64,000 nt of DNA from an uncultured Acidimicrobiia bacterium (GCA_963759175.1 CAVWXP010000019.1:49749-113748); one strand, 5' to 3'. Counted from the stretch's first letter, positions 1 to 9,305 are shown. Notes: generated from the letters alone by a model not told the origin. Program-made: numbers and translations.

Positions 1-27
1 GGGGTCAAACTCGTCGATCCGACATGA
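1..27 (+). CDS. C-terminal end of a response regulator (partial, probably OmpR family)
   Basis: Frame 1 reads GVKLVDPT-stop, resembling the end of an OmpR winged-helix domain; its TGA overlaps the kinase ATG (ATGA). Confidence 0.6.
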   Translation, partial: GVKLVDPT

Positions 28-1382
28 GGCGCAGACTTGCATGGCTGAGCCTCGCCGTGGCCTCTCTCGCCGTCGTCGCGTTCCTGGTGCCCGTCGGGGT
101 CCTCATCCGCAATCAGGCCGAGGCCAGGGCGCTGAGCTCGGCCGAGCGCGATGCCCAGTCCGTTGCCGCGGCGCTCGCCGTCACCGGATCAGCCGGGGGC
201 ATCACGCCGGAGTTCACCGAGACCGTGGTCGTCGCCTTCGGCAACCCCGATGGTCTCAGTGTGGTCTTCCGCAATGGCGACGTGATCGGCGAACCGGTGG
301 AGATAACGCCGAACATCGAGCAGGCGAGGATGGGAGCTGCATCGGTGGTCGCCACCGAGGGGGGAGCGGAGGCGCTCGTGCCGGTGCTCCTCCCCGACGC
401 GCCCCTGGCCGAGGGCACGATCGTCGTCCGGTCGTTCGTGGCGACGGCGGAACTGCGCAAGGGCGTCGCGGTGGCATGGCTCATGCTGCTGGGCCTCGGG
501 CTCGCCATCATCGCCATCGCCATCCTCGCCGCCGATTGGCTGGGCCGCTCCCTCGTCCGGCCGGTGACGGACCTCTCCGATGCCGCCCACCGATGGGGTG
601 AGGGGAAGCTCGACACGCGGGTCGAGCCGGGAGGGCCGCAGGAGATCGCCGAGGTTGGTGAGGCCTTCAATGTCCTCGCAGGACGCCTCGACGCGCTCCT
701 CGCGGCGGAACGTGAGTCCGTCGCCGATCTATCGCACCGCCTTCGCACACCTCTGACGGCCCTGCGCCTCCAGGCCGAGACGCTGTCGAACGAAGAGGAG
801 AGCGCTGCGTTACGAGCGGACATCGATGACCTCGAGCGGGAGATCGATGCCTTGATCCAGGGTGCGCGATCGCGTTCGGTGGAGGCGAGTGGGGAAGAGG
901 AGGTCGACCTCGGCGAGATCGTGGCCCATCGTGCGGCGTTCTGGCAGATCCTCGCCGACGAGCAGGGCCGTGCGACGTCCGTCAGCATCGACCAGGGCAG
1001 GCATCCGGTCGCCCTCGCCCGTACCGACCTGGGGGCCATGGTCGATGTCCTCATCGAGAACGTGTTCGCGCACACACCGGCAGGATGCGGCTTCCGACTC
1101 TATGTGCGCACACGGGCCGATGGTCGCCACTCGTTCACCGTGTCCGACGATGGTCAGGGTTTCGACGATCTCGGAGTCGCAAGGCGAGGTGCATCGCGGG
1201 CGGGTTCGACGGGCCTTGGCCTCGACATCGTGGTGAGGACGGCCGAGCGGACCGGTGGGGGAGTACGGCTGGGGTCGTCTCGCGATGGGGGTGCCGAAGT
1301 GACCGTGGTGTTCGGTCGTTCAGACCGTGGCAGAAGGGTCGAGGAAGTCCCGGAGCTCGCCGAGCCGTCCGGGATCGACTGA
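24..1382 (+). CDS. HAMP-domain sensor histidine kinase
   Basis: Two TM segments, HAMP, H-box DLSHRLRTPL, N-box LIENVFAH, DDGQG and STGLGL ATPase motifs. Confidence 0.95.
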   Translation: MRRRLAWLSLAVASLAVVAFLVPVGVLIRNQAEARALSSAERDAQSVAAALAVTGSAGGITPEFTETVVVAFGNPDGLSVVFRNGDVIGEPVEITPNIEQARMGAASVVATEGGAEALVPVLLPDAPLAEGTIVVRSFVATAELRKGVAVAWLMLLGLGLAIIAIAILAADWLGRSLVRPVTDLSDAAHRWGEGKLDTRVEPGGPQEIAEVGEAFNVLAGRLDALLAAERESVADLSHRLRTPLTALRLQAETLSNEEESAALRADIDDLEREIDALIQGARSRSVEASGEEEVDLGEIVAHRAAFWQILADEQGRATSVSIDQGRHPVALARTDLGAMVDVLIENVFAHTPAGCGFRLYVRTRADGRHSFTVSDDGQGFDDLGVARRGASRAGSTGLGLDIVVRTAERTGGGVRLGSSRDGGAEVTVVFGRSDRGRRVEEVPELAEPSGID

Positions 1383-1637
1383 GAAGTACGCCCACTTCCC
1401 TCGCTGGTCGCGATGGACGAGGCCCGCCTCCGTGAGGATTCGGAGGTGGTGGCTCACCGTCGGCTGGCTGACCCCGAGGGGGTCCGTGAGGTCGCACGCA
1501 CACTGTTCTCCGGCGGAGGCGATGAGGCTGAACAGCCGAAGCCGTGTCGGATCGGCCAATGCTTTGAGCGCGGCGGCCATCGTGATGGCATCCTCGGGTC
1601 CGACGGGTGCGCAGCAGACGGGTTGGCAACAGTCCAT
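1320..1637 (-). CDS. arsR: ArsR/SmtB family metalloregulator
   Basis: ALADPTRL...CACDL...VSQPTVSHHLRIL..AGLV motif; N-terminal CC pairs. Confidence 0.92.
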   Translation of the reverse strand: MDCCQPVCCAPVGPEDAITMAAALKALADPTRLRLFSLIASAGEQCACDLTDPLGVSQPTVSHHLRILTEAGLVHRDQRGKWAYFSVDPGRLGELRDFLDPSATV

Positions 1638-1650
1638 GGCCGAATCCTAC

Positions 1651-1702
1651 TTGACGCATAGATGTCTGTCTATATGATTCACATAGACAGATATCTATGT
1701 GA
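1651..1702 (+). promoter_or_regulatory. Divergent arsR/arsI promoter with tandem ArsR-type operators
   Basis: TTGACG(1651)-N16-TATGAT(1673); two palindromes, CATAGA-tgtctg-TCTATATG and CACATAGA-cagata-TCTATGTG, which are also inverted copies of each other. Confidence 0.75.
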
Positions 1703-1714
1703 AAGGATCTGCGC

Positions 1715-2167
1715 ATGATCGACGCGACCGACGTACCCGCCACCGGCCGGGTGCAACTCGCACTGAACGTCACCGACATCGACGACGCCGTCAGCTTCTA
1801 CAGCAAGCTCTTCGGCACCGCTCCGGCGAAACGCCGCGAGGGGTACGCCAACTTCGCCATTGACGAGCCACCCCTCAAGCTGGTGCTCATCGAGAGCCTC
1901 GACGGAGGCACCATCAACCACCTCGGGGTCGAGGTCGGCGGAACCGACGACGTGGCTGCGGCAGCTCGGCGCCTCCAGGCAGTCGGAGTCGCGACCGCCG
2001 AGGAAGCCTCGGTCGCATGCTGCTATGCCCTCCAGGACAAGGTGTGGGCGACAGGCCCCGACGGTGAACGCTGGGAGTACTACGCAGTGCTCGCGGACAC
2101 CGACGCGATGGAGAAGACCGACGCAAGCGGCGTGTTGTTGAGGGAAGCCTTGAGCTTTGAGCCTTGA
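1715..2167 (+). CDS. arsI: ArsI/CadI family VOC protein (organoarsenical C-As lyase-like)
   Basis: RVQLALNV, FYSKLF, GYANFAI..PPLKLVLIE, NHLGVEV, CCYALQDKVW..GPDG..WE; removing one G near 2129 would give a ...ACC-stop end at 2141. Confidence 0.88.
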   Translation: MIDATDVPATGRVQLALNVTDIDDAVSFYSKLFGTAPAKRREGYANFAIDEPPLKLVLIESLDGGTINHLGVEVGGTDDVAAAARRLQAVGVATAEEASVACCYALQDKVWATGPDGERWEYYAVLADTDAMEKTDASGVLLREALSFEP

Positions 2168-2310
2168 GCTTTGAGCACGTTCACGGTTCACGGCAAGACC
2201 GACCGTAAACCGTGAACCGTAGACCGTGAACCGTAGACCGTTCACCGTTCACCGTGAACCGAGCCCTGCGAAGCAGGACTCATGGCTCAGGACTCATAGC
2301 TCAAGGCTCA
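2147..2310. repeat. Heptamer (7-bp period) repeat cluster A with hairpin core
   Basis: (TTGAGCY)x4, TTCACGG x2, (CCGTGAA/CCGTAGA/CCGTTCA)x~7, GAGCCCTGCGAAGCAGG core, GGCTCAN-like x4. Confidence 0.85.
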
Positions 2311-2712
2311 CCGAGGAACAGGCAGAACGGGTGGCCCTCGGGGTCGATCATCACCCGCACGTCGTCCTGGGGTTGATGATCGGCCTCGACTGCTCCACAG
2401 GTGATCGCCCACGCAGCGGCGGCTTCGACGTCGTCGACACCGAAGTCGAGGTGCATCATCATCAGTGGCTCTCCCGGCAACGATGGCCACGTCGGTGGCA
2501 GGTAATTCGGTTCCCATTGGATCTCGATCTTGCGTGATCGGTCCTCGGGCCCCAGGATCGCCCAGCCGTCCTCGTCGGGATTCCCGCTGCCGCGGTCCCT
2601 CGCTGCGAATGATCGACCACCCGAGCAGGCGCTCATAGAACGCTGCGAGCTCCAACGGCCGCGCGGCATCGAGAACGGGTCCGGCAAGCGTCAGTCGCGG
2701 TGGCGTGTCGAT
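2301..2712 (-). pseudogene. VOC/glyoxalase-like protein, frameshifted near 2590
   Basis: N-half PRLTLAGPVLDAARPLELAAFYERLLGW and C-half MHLDFGVDD...RVMIDPEGHPFCL lie in different frames; likely start is an ATC at 2712 after GAGG. Confidence 0.75.
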
Positions 2713-2779
2713 GGTGCAACCTCGAGAGTCGGTGTGCCAAGGGTACGCGCGCACGCGGGACGAACAAGCATTCAGTCAT

Positions 2780-2906
2780 CGGTTGTCGGTTCACGGTTCA
2801 CGGTCCACGGTAAGAGGGACCGTCCACCGGAACCGTGAACCGTAAACGGTGAACCGAGCCCTGCGAAGCAGGCTCACAGCTCAAGGCTCAAGGCTCAAGG
2901 CTCAAC
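2780..2906. repeat. Heptamer repeat cluster B with the same hairpin core
   Basis: GGTTCAC-like x3, CCGTGAA/CCGTAAA units, 24 bp GTGAACCGAGCCCTGCGAAGCAGG identical to 2254-2277, GGCTCAA-like x5. Confidence 0.85.
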
Positions 2907-2965
2907 CTGCGAATCCTCACCTGCACACTGTGGGACAATCCTCTTGACGACGAAGAGAAGGATCC

Positions 2966-5722
2966 ATGACGACAACGTTCGTACCCGGCACCGTGGACGA
3001 CATGCCCCCCGGCTATCCGGCGGAATGGGAGCAGAGCTCGGTCCTCAAGGACGGAGGCATCGTCCGGGTGCGGCCCATTGCACCCCAGGACGCAGAGGGC
3101 TTGCAGGAGCTCGTGCGGTCGATGTCGACCGAGAGCAGCTACTTCCGCTTCTTCCGGGTCAAGCGCGAGTTGACCGAGGAGGAACTCGCCGACTTCACGA
3201 AGCTCGACTACCGGACGCAGATGGCGCTCATCGCCGTTCTCGATGGCCGGATCGTTGGGGTGGGGCGGTACAACACGTCCGAGGAGGATCCGTCGTTGGC
3301 GGAGGTCGCGTTCACCGTGGCGGACGGTATGCAGGGCATGGGGATCGGAACGCTCCTCCTGTACCGGTTGACGGCATTCGCCCGCAGCCGCGGCATCAGC
3401 GGGTTCCGTGCATTCCTCCTCGCCGACAACCACGCCATGATGCGTGTGTTCCGCAATGCGGGATTCACCCTCTCTCGGGAGATCGACGAGGGCGTCTACA
3501 CCGTCAGCTTCCCGACCGAGGAGTCCGATGCGGTGCTCGAGGCGGAGGGTGAGGCCGAGCGGCGAGCCACGGCAGCGAGCCTGATGCCGATCTTCTATCC
3601 GCAATCGGTCGCCGTCATCGGCGCAAGCCGCAACAAGGCATCGATCGGCGGACGCCTCTTCAACAACATCATCAACGCCGACTACCGCGGACCCGTCTAT
3701 CCGGTGAACCCGAAGTCACCGTTCATCAGATCCATCCCCACGTACCCGTCGGTGAAGGACATCCCGGTCCCGATCGACCTCGCGTTCGTGGTCGTTCCCG
3801 GTCCCCATGTCATCGAGGTGGTCAAGGAATGCGCCGAGAAGGGGGTCAAGGGGCTGTGTGTCATCTCCGCTGGCTTCTCCGAGACGGGGGAGGCCGGTAC
3901 TGCGGCGGAGGCCGAGCTCCTCGATGTCGTTCGTGACGCCGGCATGCGCATGATCGGCCCGAACTGCATGGGCCTCCTCAACACGGATCCTGCGGTGAGC
4001 CTCGATGGCCAGTTCGGGCCGCTCCCGGCAGCGCCCGGCAATGTAGCGATGTCCTCACAGTCTGGTGCGCTCGGCCTCGCCATCCTCGACTACGCCAGAA
4101 ACCTCGGCATCGGGATCTCGACGTTCGTCTCCGTCGGGAACAAGGCCGATGTCTCAGGCAACGACCTACTGCTGTTCTGGGAGGATGATCCGAACACCGA
4201 CGTCATCCTGCTGTACCTCGAGTCATTCGGCAATCCCAGGCGTTTCGGTCGCATCGCCCGTCGTATCGGGAGGCGCAAGCCCATCGTGGCGGTCAAAGCA
4301 GGTCGCACGGCGGCAGGGGCCCGTGCTGCCTCCAGCCACACCGGATCGCTCGCCAGCCTCGATGTCGCCGTCGATGCCCTGTTCAAACAGGCGGGCGTCG
4401 TCAGGGTGGAGACCCTCGAGGAGTTGTTCGACGTCACTTCGTTGCTGGCGAACCAGCCGATTCCCACGGGGCGTAGGGTCGCGCTCGTCACGAACGCCGG
4501 CGGACCGGCCATCCTGGCGGTCGACGCCCTCGAGTCACGCGGTCTCGAGGTCGCGCCGCTGTCGGACGAGCTCCAGGCGACGATGCGCGAATATCTACCG
4601 GCGGATGCCTCGGTGACGAACCCGGTCGACATGATCGCAGCGGCAGGACCCGACGAGTACAAACGCACCATCCAGTTGCTGATGGCCTCGGACGAGATCG
4701 ATGCCGTGATCACGCTGTACATCCCCGCGTCGAACGTCGGCGTGGTCGAGACCGCCACGGCGATCAAGGAGGCGGTGGAGAACTCGCCGCACGACAAGAC
4801 CTTCCTCAGCGTATACATGGATTCTGCTGGCGCTCCCACCGAGCTCGCCAGCAAGACGGCGAAGTTCCCGGTGTTCCCCTTCCCCGAGCGGGCTGCCAAG
4901 GCCCTGCGCCAGGCCGTGGGGTACGCCGAGTGGCTCGAAGAACCGACCGGTAGCCACGTGACGTTCGACGATGTCGACCGTGCAGGAGCCCGTACGGTGA
5001 TCGACGAGGCCATCGAAGGCATAGACGCCGAGGGAGAGTGGCTCGACCCCGACAGCGTCGACACGGTGCTCGATGCCTACGGACTCCGCATCCCGCGATC
5101 GGCAGTCGTGGCCTCGGCCGCCGAGGCCGTGGCTTTCGCCGAGGATCTCGGTGAACCGATCGTCCTGAAGGTCATTTCACCGTCGGCGGTCCACAAGTCG
5201 GATGTCGGCGGTGTCGCCCTCGACGTCTCCGGCGCTGACGCCGTCGAGGCAGCCTACGAACAGGTCATGAACGCCGTTCCCGATCCCGAGGGCGTGTTGG
5301 TGCAGGAGTTCGTACCCGGAGGACACGAGGTGCTGGTCGGTATGGTCGAGGATCCGAACTTCGGACCCCTGATCGTCTTCGGCCTCGGTGGTGTGTTCGT
5401 GGAGCTGATCGGCGATGTCGCGTTCCGCATCCATCCGCTCACGGACGTCGATGCCAGGCACATGATCTCCCAGGTCAAGTCGGCACGGCTGCTCGAGGGC
5501 TATCGGGGCGGCGATCCAGGGGACATCGACGCGGTCGTCGACACCCTCCTCCGCGTATCTGCGCTGATCGAGGACGTCCCGGAGATCTTCGAGATGGACC
5601 TCAATCCGGTCAAAGTCGGCAAGCCGGGTGAAGGCGTGCGTATCGTGGACGCACGTATCAAGGTGCGGCCGGTGCAGGGGAGTTGGATTCCCTCCCGGGC
5701 AGACATGCCGTCCGCCCTGTGA
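2966..5722 (+). CDS. GNAT domain fused to NDP-forming acyl-CoA synthetase domains (Pat-type protein lysine acetyltransferase)
   Basis: N-terminal GNAT (AEVAFTVAD..QGMGIG), CoA-binding (VIGAS..GPNCMG), SQSG, SHTG, ATP-grasp HKSDVGGV. Confidence 0.92.
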   Translation: MTTTFVPGTVDDMPPGYPAEWEQSSVLKDGGIVRVRPIAPQDAEGLQELVRSMSTESSYFRFFRVKRELTEEELADFTKLDYRTQMALIAVLDGRIVGVGRYNTSEEDPSLAEVAFTVADGMQGMGIGTLLLYRLTAFARSRGISGFRAFLLADNHAMMRVFRNAGFTLSREIDEGVYTVSFPTEESDAVLEAEGEAERRATAASLMPIFYPQSVAVIGASRNKASIGGRLFNNIINADYRGPVYPVNPKSPFIRSIPTYPSVKDIPVPIDLAFVVVPGPHVIEVVKECAEKGVKGLCVISAGFSETGEAGTAAEAELLDVVRDAGMRMIGPNCMGLLNTDPAVSLDGQFGPLPAAPGNVAMSSQSGALGLAILDYARNLGIGISTFVSVGNKADVSGNDLLLFWEDDPNTDVILLYLESFGNPRRFGRIARRIGRRKPIVAVKAGRTAAGARAASSHTGSLASLDVAVDALFKQAGVVRVETLEELFDVTSLLANQPIPTGRRVALVTNAGGPAILAVDALESRGLEVAPLSDELQATMREYLPADASVTNPVDMIAAAGPDEYKRTIQLLMASDEIDAVITLYIPASNVGVVETATAIKEAVENSPHDKTFLSVYMDSAGAPTELASKTAKFPVFPFPERAAKALRQAVGYAEWLEEPTGSHVTFDDVDRAGARTVIDEAIEGIDAEGEWLDPDSVDTVLDAYGLRIPRSAVVASAAEAVAFAEDLGEPIVLKVISPSAVHKSDVGGVALDVSGADAVEAAYEQVMNAVPDPEGVLVQEFVPGGHEVLVGMVEDPNFGPLIVFGLGGVFVELIGDVAFRIHPLTDVDARHMISQVKSARLLEGYRGGDPGDIDAVVDTLLRVSALIEDVPEIFEMDLNPVKVGKPGEGVRIVDARIKVRPVQGSWIPSRADMPSAL

Positions 5723-5732
5723 GGAGGAGCTG

Positions 5733-6347
5733 ATGCACGTTCGGGATCTCATGACCACCGATGTGGTTGCCGTCGGGCCGACCACCTCGACGCGCGACGC
5801 CGCTCGGATGATGTTCCGATACCGCGTCTCGGGTCTTCCCGTGGTGGATCCCGACGATCACGTGCTCGGCATCATCACCGAGGGCGACTTCCTCGAGATG
5901 GAACTCAAGCGCGTCGATCACGGTGAGGTGCACCCGTTGGTGCAGGATGTCATGTCCCATTCGGTGCTGTCGGTGTCCCCCGATCTCGAGATCATGGACG
6001 CCGCACGATTCATGCATGAGCACAGCGTCAAGCGGGTGCTGGTGGTGGAGGAAGCCAAAATGGTCGGCATCATCTCGCGGTTCGACATCGTGGCGGCCTT
6101 CACGCGGCCCGATGACCTCATCGAGGACGAGATCCGCGAGGACCTCATCCGCAGGGTGCTCTTCGTCGACCCCGAGACCGTCGACGTGCACGTGACGAAC
6201 GGTGTCGTGACCTTCGTGGGAACGATCGGGACCCGGACGGAGGCTCGGCTCGTCGAGGAGCTCGCAAGGCGCCTCGATGGCGTCGTCGGCGTGGAGAACG
6301 AGTTGGGCTGGAGGATCGACGACACGGAGTCCGATGCCGAGGCGTGA
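5733..6347 (+). CDS. CBS-pair plus BON domain protein
   Basis: GAGGAGG RBS; VRDLMTTDVV..SGLPVVD..GIITEGD (CBS) and C-terminal VTNGVVTFVG..GVVGVENEL (BON). Confidence 0.9.
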   Translation: MHVRDLMTTDVVAVGPTTSTRDAARMMFRYRVSGLPVVDPDDHVLGIITEGDFLEMELKRVDHGEVHPLVQDVMSHSVLSVSPDLEIMDAARFMHEHSVKRVLVVEEAKMVGIISRFDIVAAFTRPDDLIEDEIREDLIRRVLFVDPETVDVHVTNGVVTFVGTIGTRTEARLVEELARRLDGVVGVENELGWRIDDTESDAEA

Positions 6348-7152
6348 CGGTCACGATGGGTTCCCCATCGCCGTCGAGGGCACCGCACGTTCGGTCCCCG
6401 ACGTCCTCTACGTCCATGCGAATGGCTTCTGCAAGGAACTCTGGCGGCCGATCGCCGGTGCCGTCGCCGCTCGCCATCCGAACACCACATGGCTCTCGAT
6501 GGACCTGCGAGGCCACGGGGCCTCGGGGCGCGGCGCACCTCCGTACCTGTGGCACCCCTTGGCGCTCGACATCCTCGCGGTCGTGGGATCCACATCCTCG
6601 CGATCGGTGGGGGTTGGCCACTCGATGGGCGCGGCCTCCCTGGCGAGGGCCGAGATCCTCGCTCCCGGTACCTTTCGGACCCTCGTCCTCGTGGAGCCGA
6701 TCCTGTTTCCGCCTCCCCATGGCAGGGCGAACATCCCGATTGCCGACATCGCCCAGCACCGGAGGCGTGTGTTCCCAGACCGCGACGCTGCCCGCCTTCG
6801 GTTCGCAGCGCCCGGCCCCTTCGCGACGTGGGATCCAGAGATGCTGGACCTCTATGTCGATCATGGATGGGGCCCCGGCGAGGAGGGTTGGACGATCCGG
6901 TGCGAGCCGAGGGTCGAGGCGGACTACTACCGGGAGGGGAACAACGTCGACACGTGGGATCGTCTGACGGAGATCGACCCCCACGTCGTCCTCGTGGCCG
7001 GGGAGACGTCCGACACACACCACGGGTCCTACCTGGGGGACCTCGTGGACCGGTTCCCGCGAGCGGACCTCGTCGTCGTCGAGGGCGCTGGGCACCTCGT
7101 ACCGATGGAGAAGCCGCTGGAGGTGGCCGACATGGTCGCCGACGTGCTCTGA
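6334..7152 (+). CDS. Alpha/beta fold hydrolase
   Basis: HANGF, DLRGHG, nucleophile GHSMG, C-terminal GAGHLVPME; start chosen after GGAG. Confidence 0.85.
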   Translation: MPRRDGHDGFPIAVEGTARSVPDVLYVHANGFCKELWRPIAGAVAARHPNTTWLSMDLRGHGASGRGAPPYLWHPLALDILAVVGSTSSRSVGVGHSMGAASLARAEILAPGTFRTLVLVEPILFPPPHGRANIPIADIAQHRRRVFPDRDAARLRFAAPGPFATWDPEMLDLYVDHGWGPGEEGWTIRCEPRVEADYYREGNNVDTWDRLTEIDPHVVLVAGETSDTHHGSYLGDLVDRFPRADLVVVEGAGHLVPMEKPLEVADMVADVL

Positions 7153-7169
7153 TCGGGGCTCGGCACCAC

Positions 7170-7196
7170 GGAATAGTCGCGGACGTCAGGTCGTTG
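7170..7196 (+). promoter_or_regulatory. SigR/SigH-type ECF promoter
   Basis: GGAAT-N18-GTTG directly upstream of the 7220 gene. Confidence 0.55.
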
Positions 7197-7219
7197 ACCC
7201 ATGCAACGCAGGGGCGAGG

Positions 7220-7855
7220 ATGACGCACCGGATTCCCGACATGATCGAGCAACAGCGGCGTGGCCCGTCGGGCATCGTCGCGTCGCTGGTACCGAGCATC
7301 GCGTTCCTCGCCGCAAACAACTGGTTCGGCCTGGTCGCCGGCATGGTGGCCGCCACGGTCCTGTCAGCAGGCCTCATCGTGATCCGGCGCGGCCGCGGGC
7401 AGGCGATCGGATGGCTGCTCCCCATATCGCTCGGCTACGTCGTCGTGCGTGGCATCGCAGGGATCCTGACCGGATCCGAGAACGTCTTCTTCGGTTTCGG
7501 GGTCGCCACGAGTGCCCTCATCGCCATCGCCGTGGGCATCACGGCTTTCACGAAGCACCCGATAGCGGGCTACCTCATCCCGCTGGTCGTGCGGTATCGG
7601 CACCTGTCGATGGATCATCCCGTGTACCGACGGGTCGCTGCCCAGATCACGCTCGTGTGGGCGGTCGCCGAGATGGCGCTCACCGCTTGGGAGGCCTGGC
7701 ACCTGAGCAATGTCTCGGGTTCCGAGTTCCTCGTGGATAGGACGTTGATCGGTTGGCCCGTCATGGCCGTGGTGATCTTCATGCTGATCTTCTACGTCCG
7801 GTTCCGGCTCGACCCCCACGAGCACCACCTCGAGGCCCACGCTCGCATGGCGTGA
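7220..7855 (+). CDS. Integral membrane protein (DUF3159/VC0807-like)
   Basis: About 6 hydrophobic segments; HPVYRRV..ITLVW and IGWP motifs. Confidence 0.65.
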   Translation: MTHRIPDMIEQQRRGPSGIVASLVPSIAFLAANNWFGLVAGMVAATVLSAGLIVIRRGRGQAIGWLLPISLGYVVVRGIAGILTGSENVFFGFGVATSALIAIAVGITAFTKHPIAGYLIPLVVRYRHLSMDHPVYRRVAAQITLVWAVAEMALTAWEAWHLSNVSGSEFLVDRTLIGWPVMAVVIFMLIFYVRFRLDPHEHHLEAHARMA

Positions 7856-7958
7856 CGATCGGCCGCTGGTATCGATCGGTACCGGAGTCCCATTGGCGAC
7901 GCACGGTGGTCCGGGGACGGCGATTCTGATCGGCGATGTCCGCAGGTACGCTTCCTGC

Positions 7959-9305
7959 GTGCACATCGTGACCCGCGACCATCTCGACGCCCTTGCATCG
8001 CAGCTGTCACAAGGCGTCGGACTCCGCATCGCCCGGATCGAGGTCGAGCTCGATCCGTTCGACTTCGCTCGCACGGGTGCAGCCCTCGTCGATCGGGCCG
8101 TCGCCCTGGCCACGCCGGGCGGCGACCGGCGTGTTGGTCTCGGAACGGCGTGGCATGCCGCCACCTCGGGCCCGCAGCGGTTCGTGGAACTGGCCGCAGC
8201 GATCGGTGGCCTCGGAGCGGGGATGGACATCGTCGGGGATGTGGATGCCGCGGACCTCACCGTGTTCATGGGGTACTCGTTCCTCGACGAGATCGTCGCC
8301 GACGGCCTGTGGAAGGACTACGCCGCCGCTGAGGCGTTCCTGCCGAGGATCGGCATCGAGCGGGTCGACGGCGCCACCCGGCTCACGGTTGCGATACCAG
8401 CGGGTGATGATCCGGCACCGACGCTCGATCTGCTCGCATCGATGAAGCACCCGGAGTGGGTCCGGGTGGTCGACTCGGGCGACCACCACATCGAATCCCA
8501 TCCCACCGTCGCCGATTGGGCGGGCATCGTCGACGCAGCGGTGAAGTCCATCGCTGCCGAGGACCTCGACAAGGTCGTGCTCGCACGATCGGTGCGCGTG
8601 GAGAGTTCGGCGTCGGTGGCGATCCTGCGGGTGTTCCGGCAGCTCGCGATGTCCTATCCCGAGTGCTTCGATTTCGCATGGAAGTCCCACCACAGCGTGT
8701 TCATGGGTGCCAGCCCGGAGCTGTTGGCGACGGTGCGGGGCGGTCGGTTCCGGTCCAACCCCCTGGCGGGATCGGCGGCGCGCGGCGAGGGCGAGGACGA
8801 CGATGGCGCCATCGGCGCCGCCCTGCTCGCGTCCGCGAAGGACCAGGAGGAGCACCGTCTCGTCGTCGACGACATGCGGAGCCGGCTCGAAGGTCTGGTC
8901 TCGGGTCTCGTCGTGCCGGATGGACCGGTCCTCAAGAAGATGGCGACCGTCCAGCACCTGTCGACGGTGATCGAGGGCGACGTCGCCCCCGGCACGGGTG
9001 TTCTCGACATCGTCGACGTCGTGCATCCGACGCCTGCCGTCGGTGGTGTGCCCCGACGGGAGGCAGTCGAGTACATCGCAGCCCACGAACCGCTCGACCG
9101 CGGTTGGTACACGGGAGGGATCGGGTGGTTGACGCCATCGGGTGACGGCGAGATCGCCATCGGCCTGCGGTGTGGGCTCGTCAACGGCTCGACGACCACC
9201 CTCTTCGCCGGAGCCGGCATCGTCGCCGATTCCGATCCCGCTTCCGAGGTGCTCGAGACACGACTCAAGCTCCGCCCGCTACTCGACCTCGTAGCTTCGA
9301 CGTAG
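7959..9305 (+). CDS. menF: Isochorismate synthase
   Basis: KVVLAR, GASPELL, PLAGS, KDQEEH, HPTPAVGG, RGWYTG, AGAGIVADS; GTG start 6 nt after TACGCT. Confidence 0.9.
   Translation: MHIVTRDHLDALASQLSQGVGLRIARIEVELDPFDFARTGAALVDRAVALATPGGDRRVGLGTAWHAATSGPQRFVELAAAIGGLGAGMDIVGDVDAADLTVFMGYSFLDEIVADGLWKDYAAAEAFLPRIGIERVDGATRLTVAIPAGDDPAPTLDLLASMKHPEWVRVVDSGDHHIESHPTVADWAGIVDAAVKSIAAEDLDKVVLARSVRVESSASVAILRVFRQLAMSYPECFDFAWKSHHSVFMGASPELLATVRGGRFRSNPLAGSAARGEGEDDDGAIGAALLASAKDQEEHRLVVDDMRSRLEGLVSGLVVPDGPVLKKMATVQHLSTVIEGDVAPGTGVLDIVDVVHPTPAVGGVPRREAVEYIAAHEPLDRGWYTGGIGWLTPSGDGEIAIGLRCGLVNGSTTTLFAGAGIVADSDPASEVLETRLKLRPLLDLVAST

Noticed and set aside
2147-2906. Heptamer clusters considered as CRISPR or as coding (ORFs 1679-2245 and 2226-2537)
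   Set aside because: No repeat-spacer periodicity; the ORFs are low-complexity translations of the repeats or shadows of real genes
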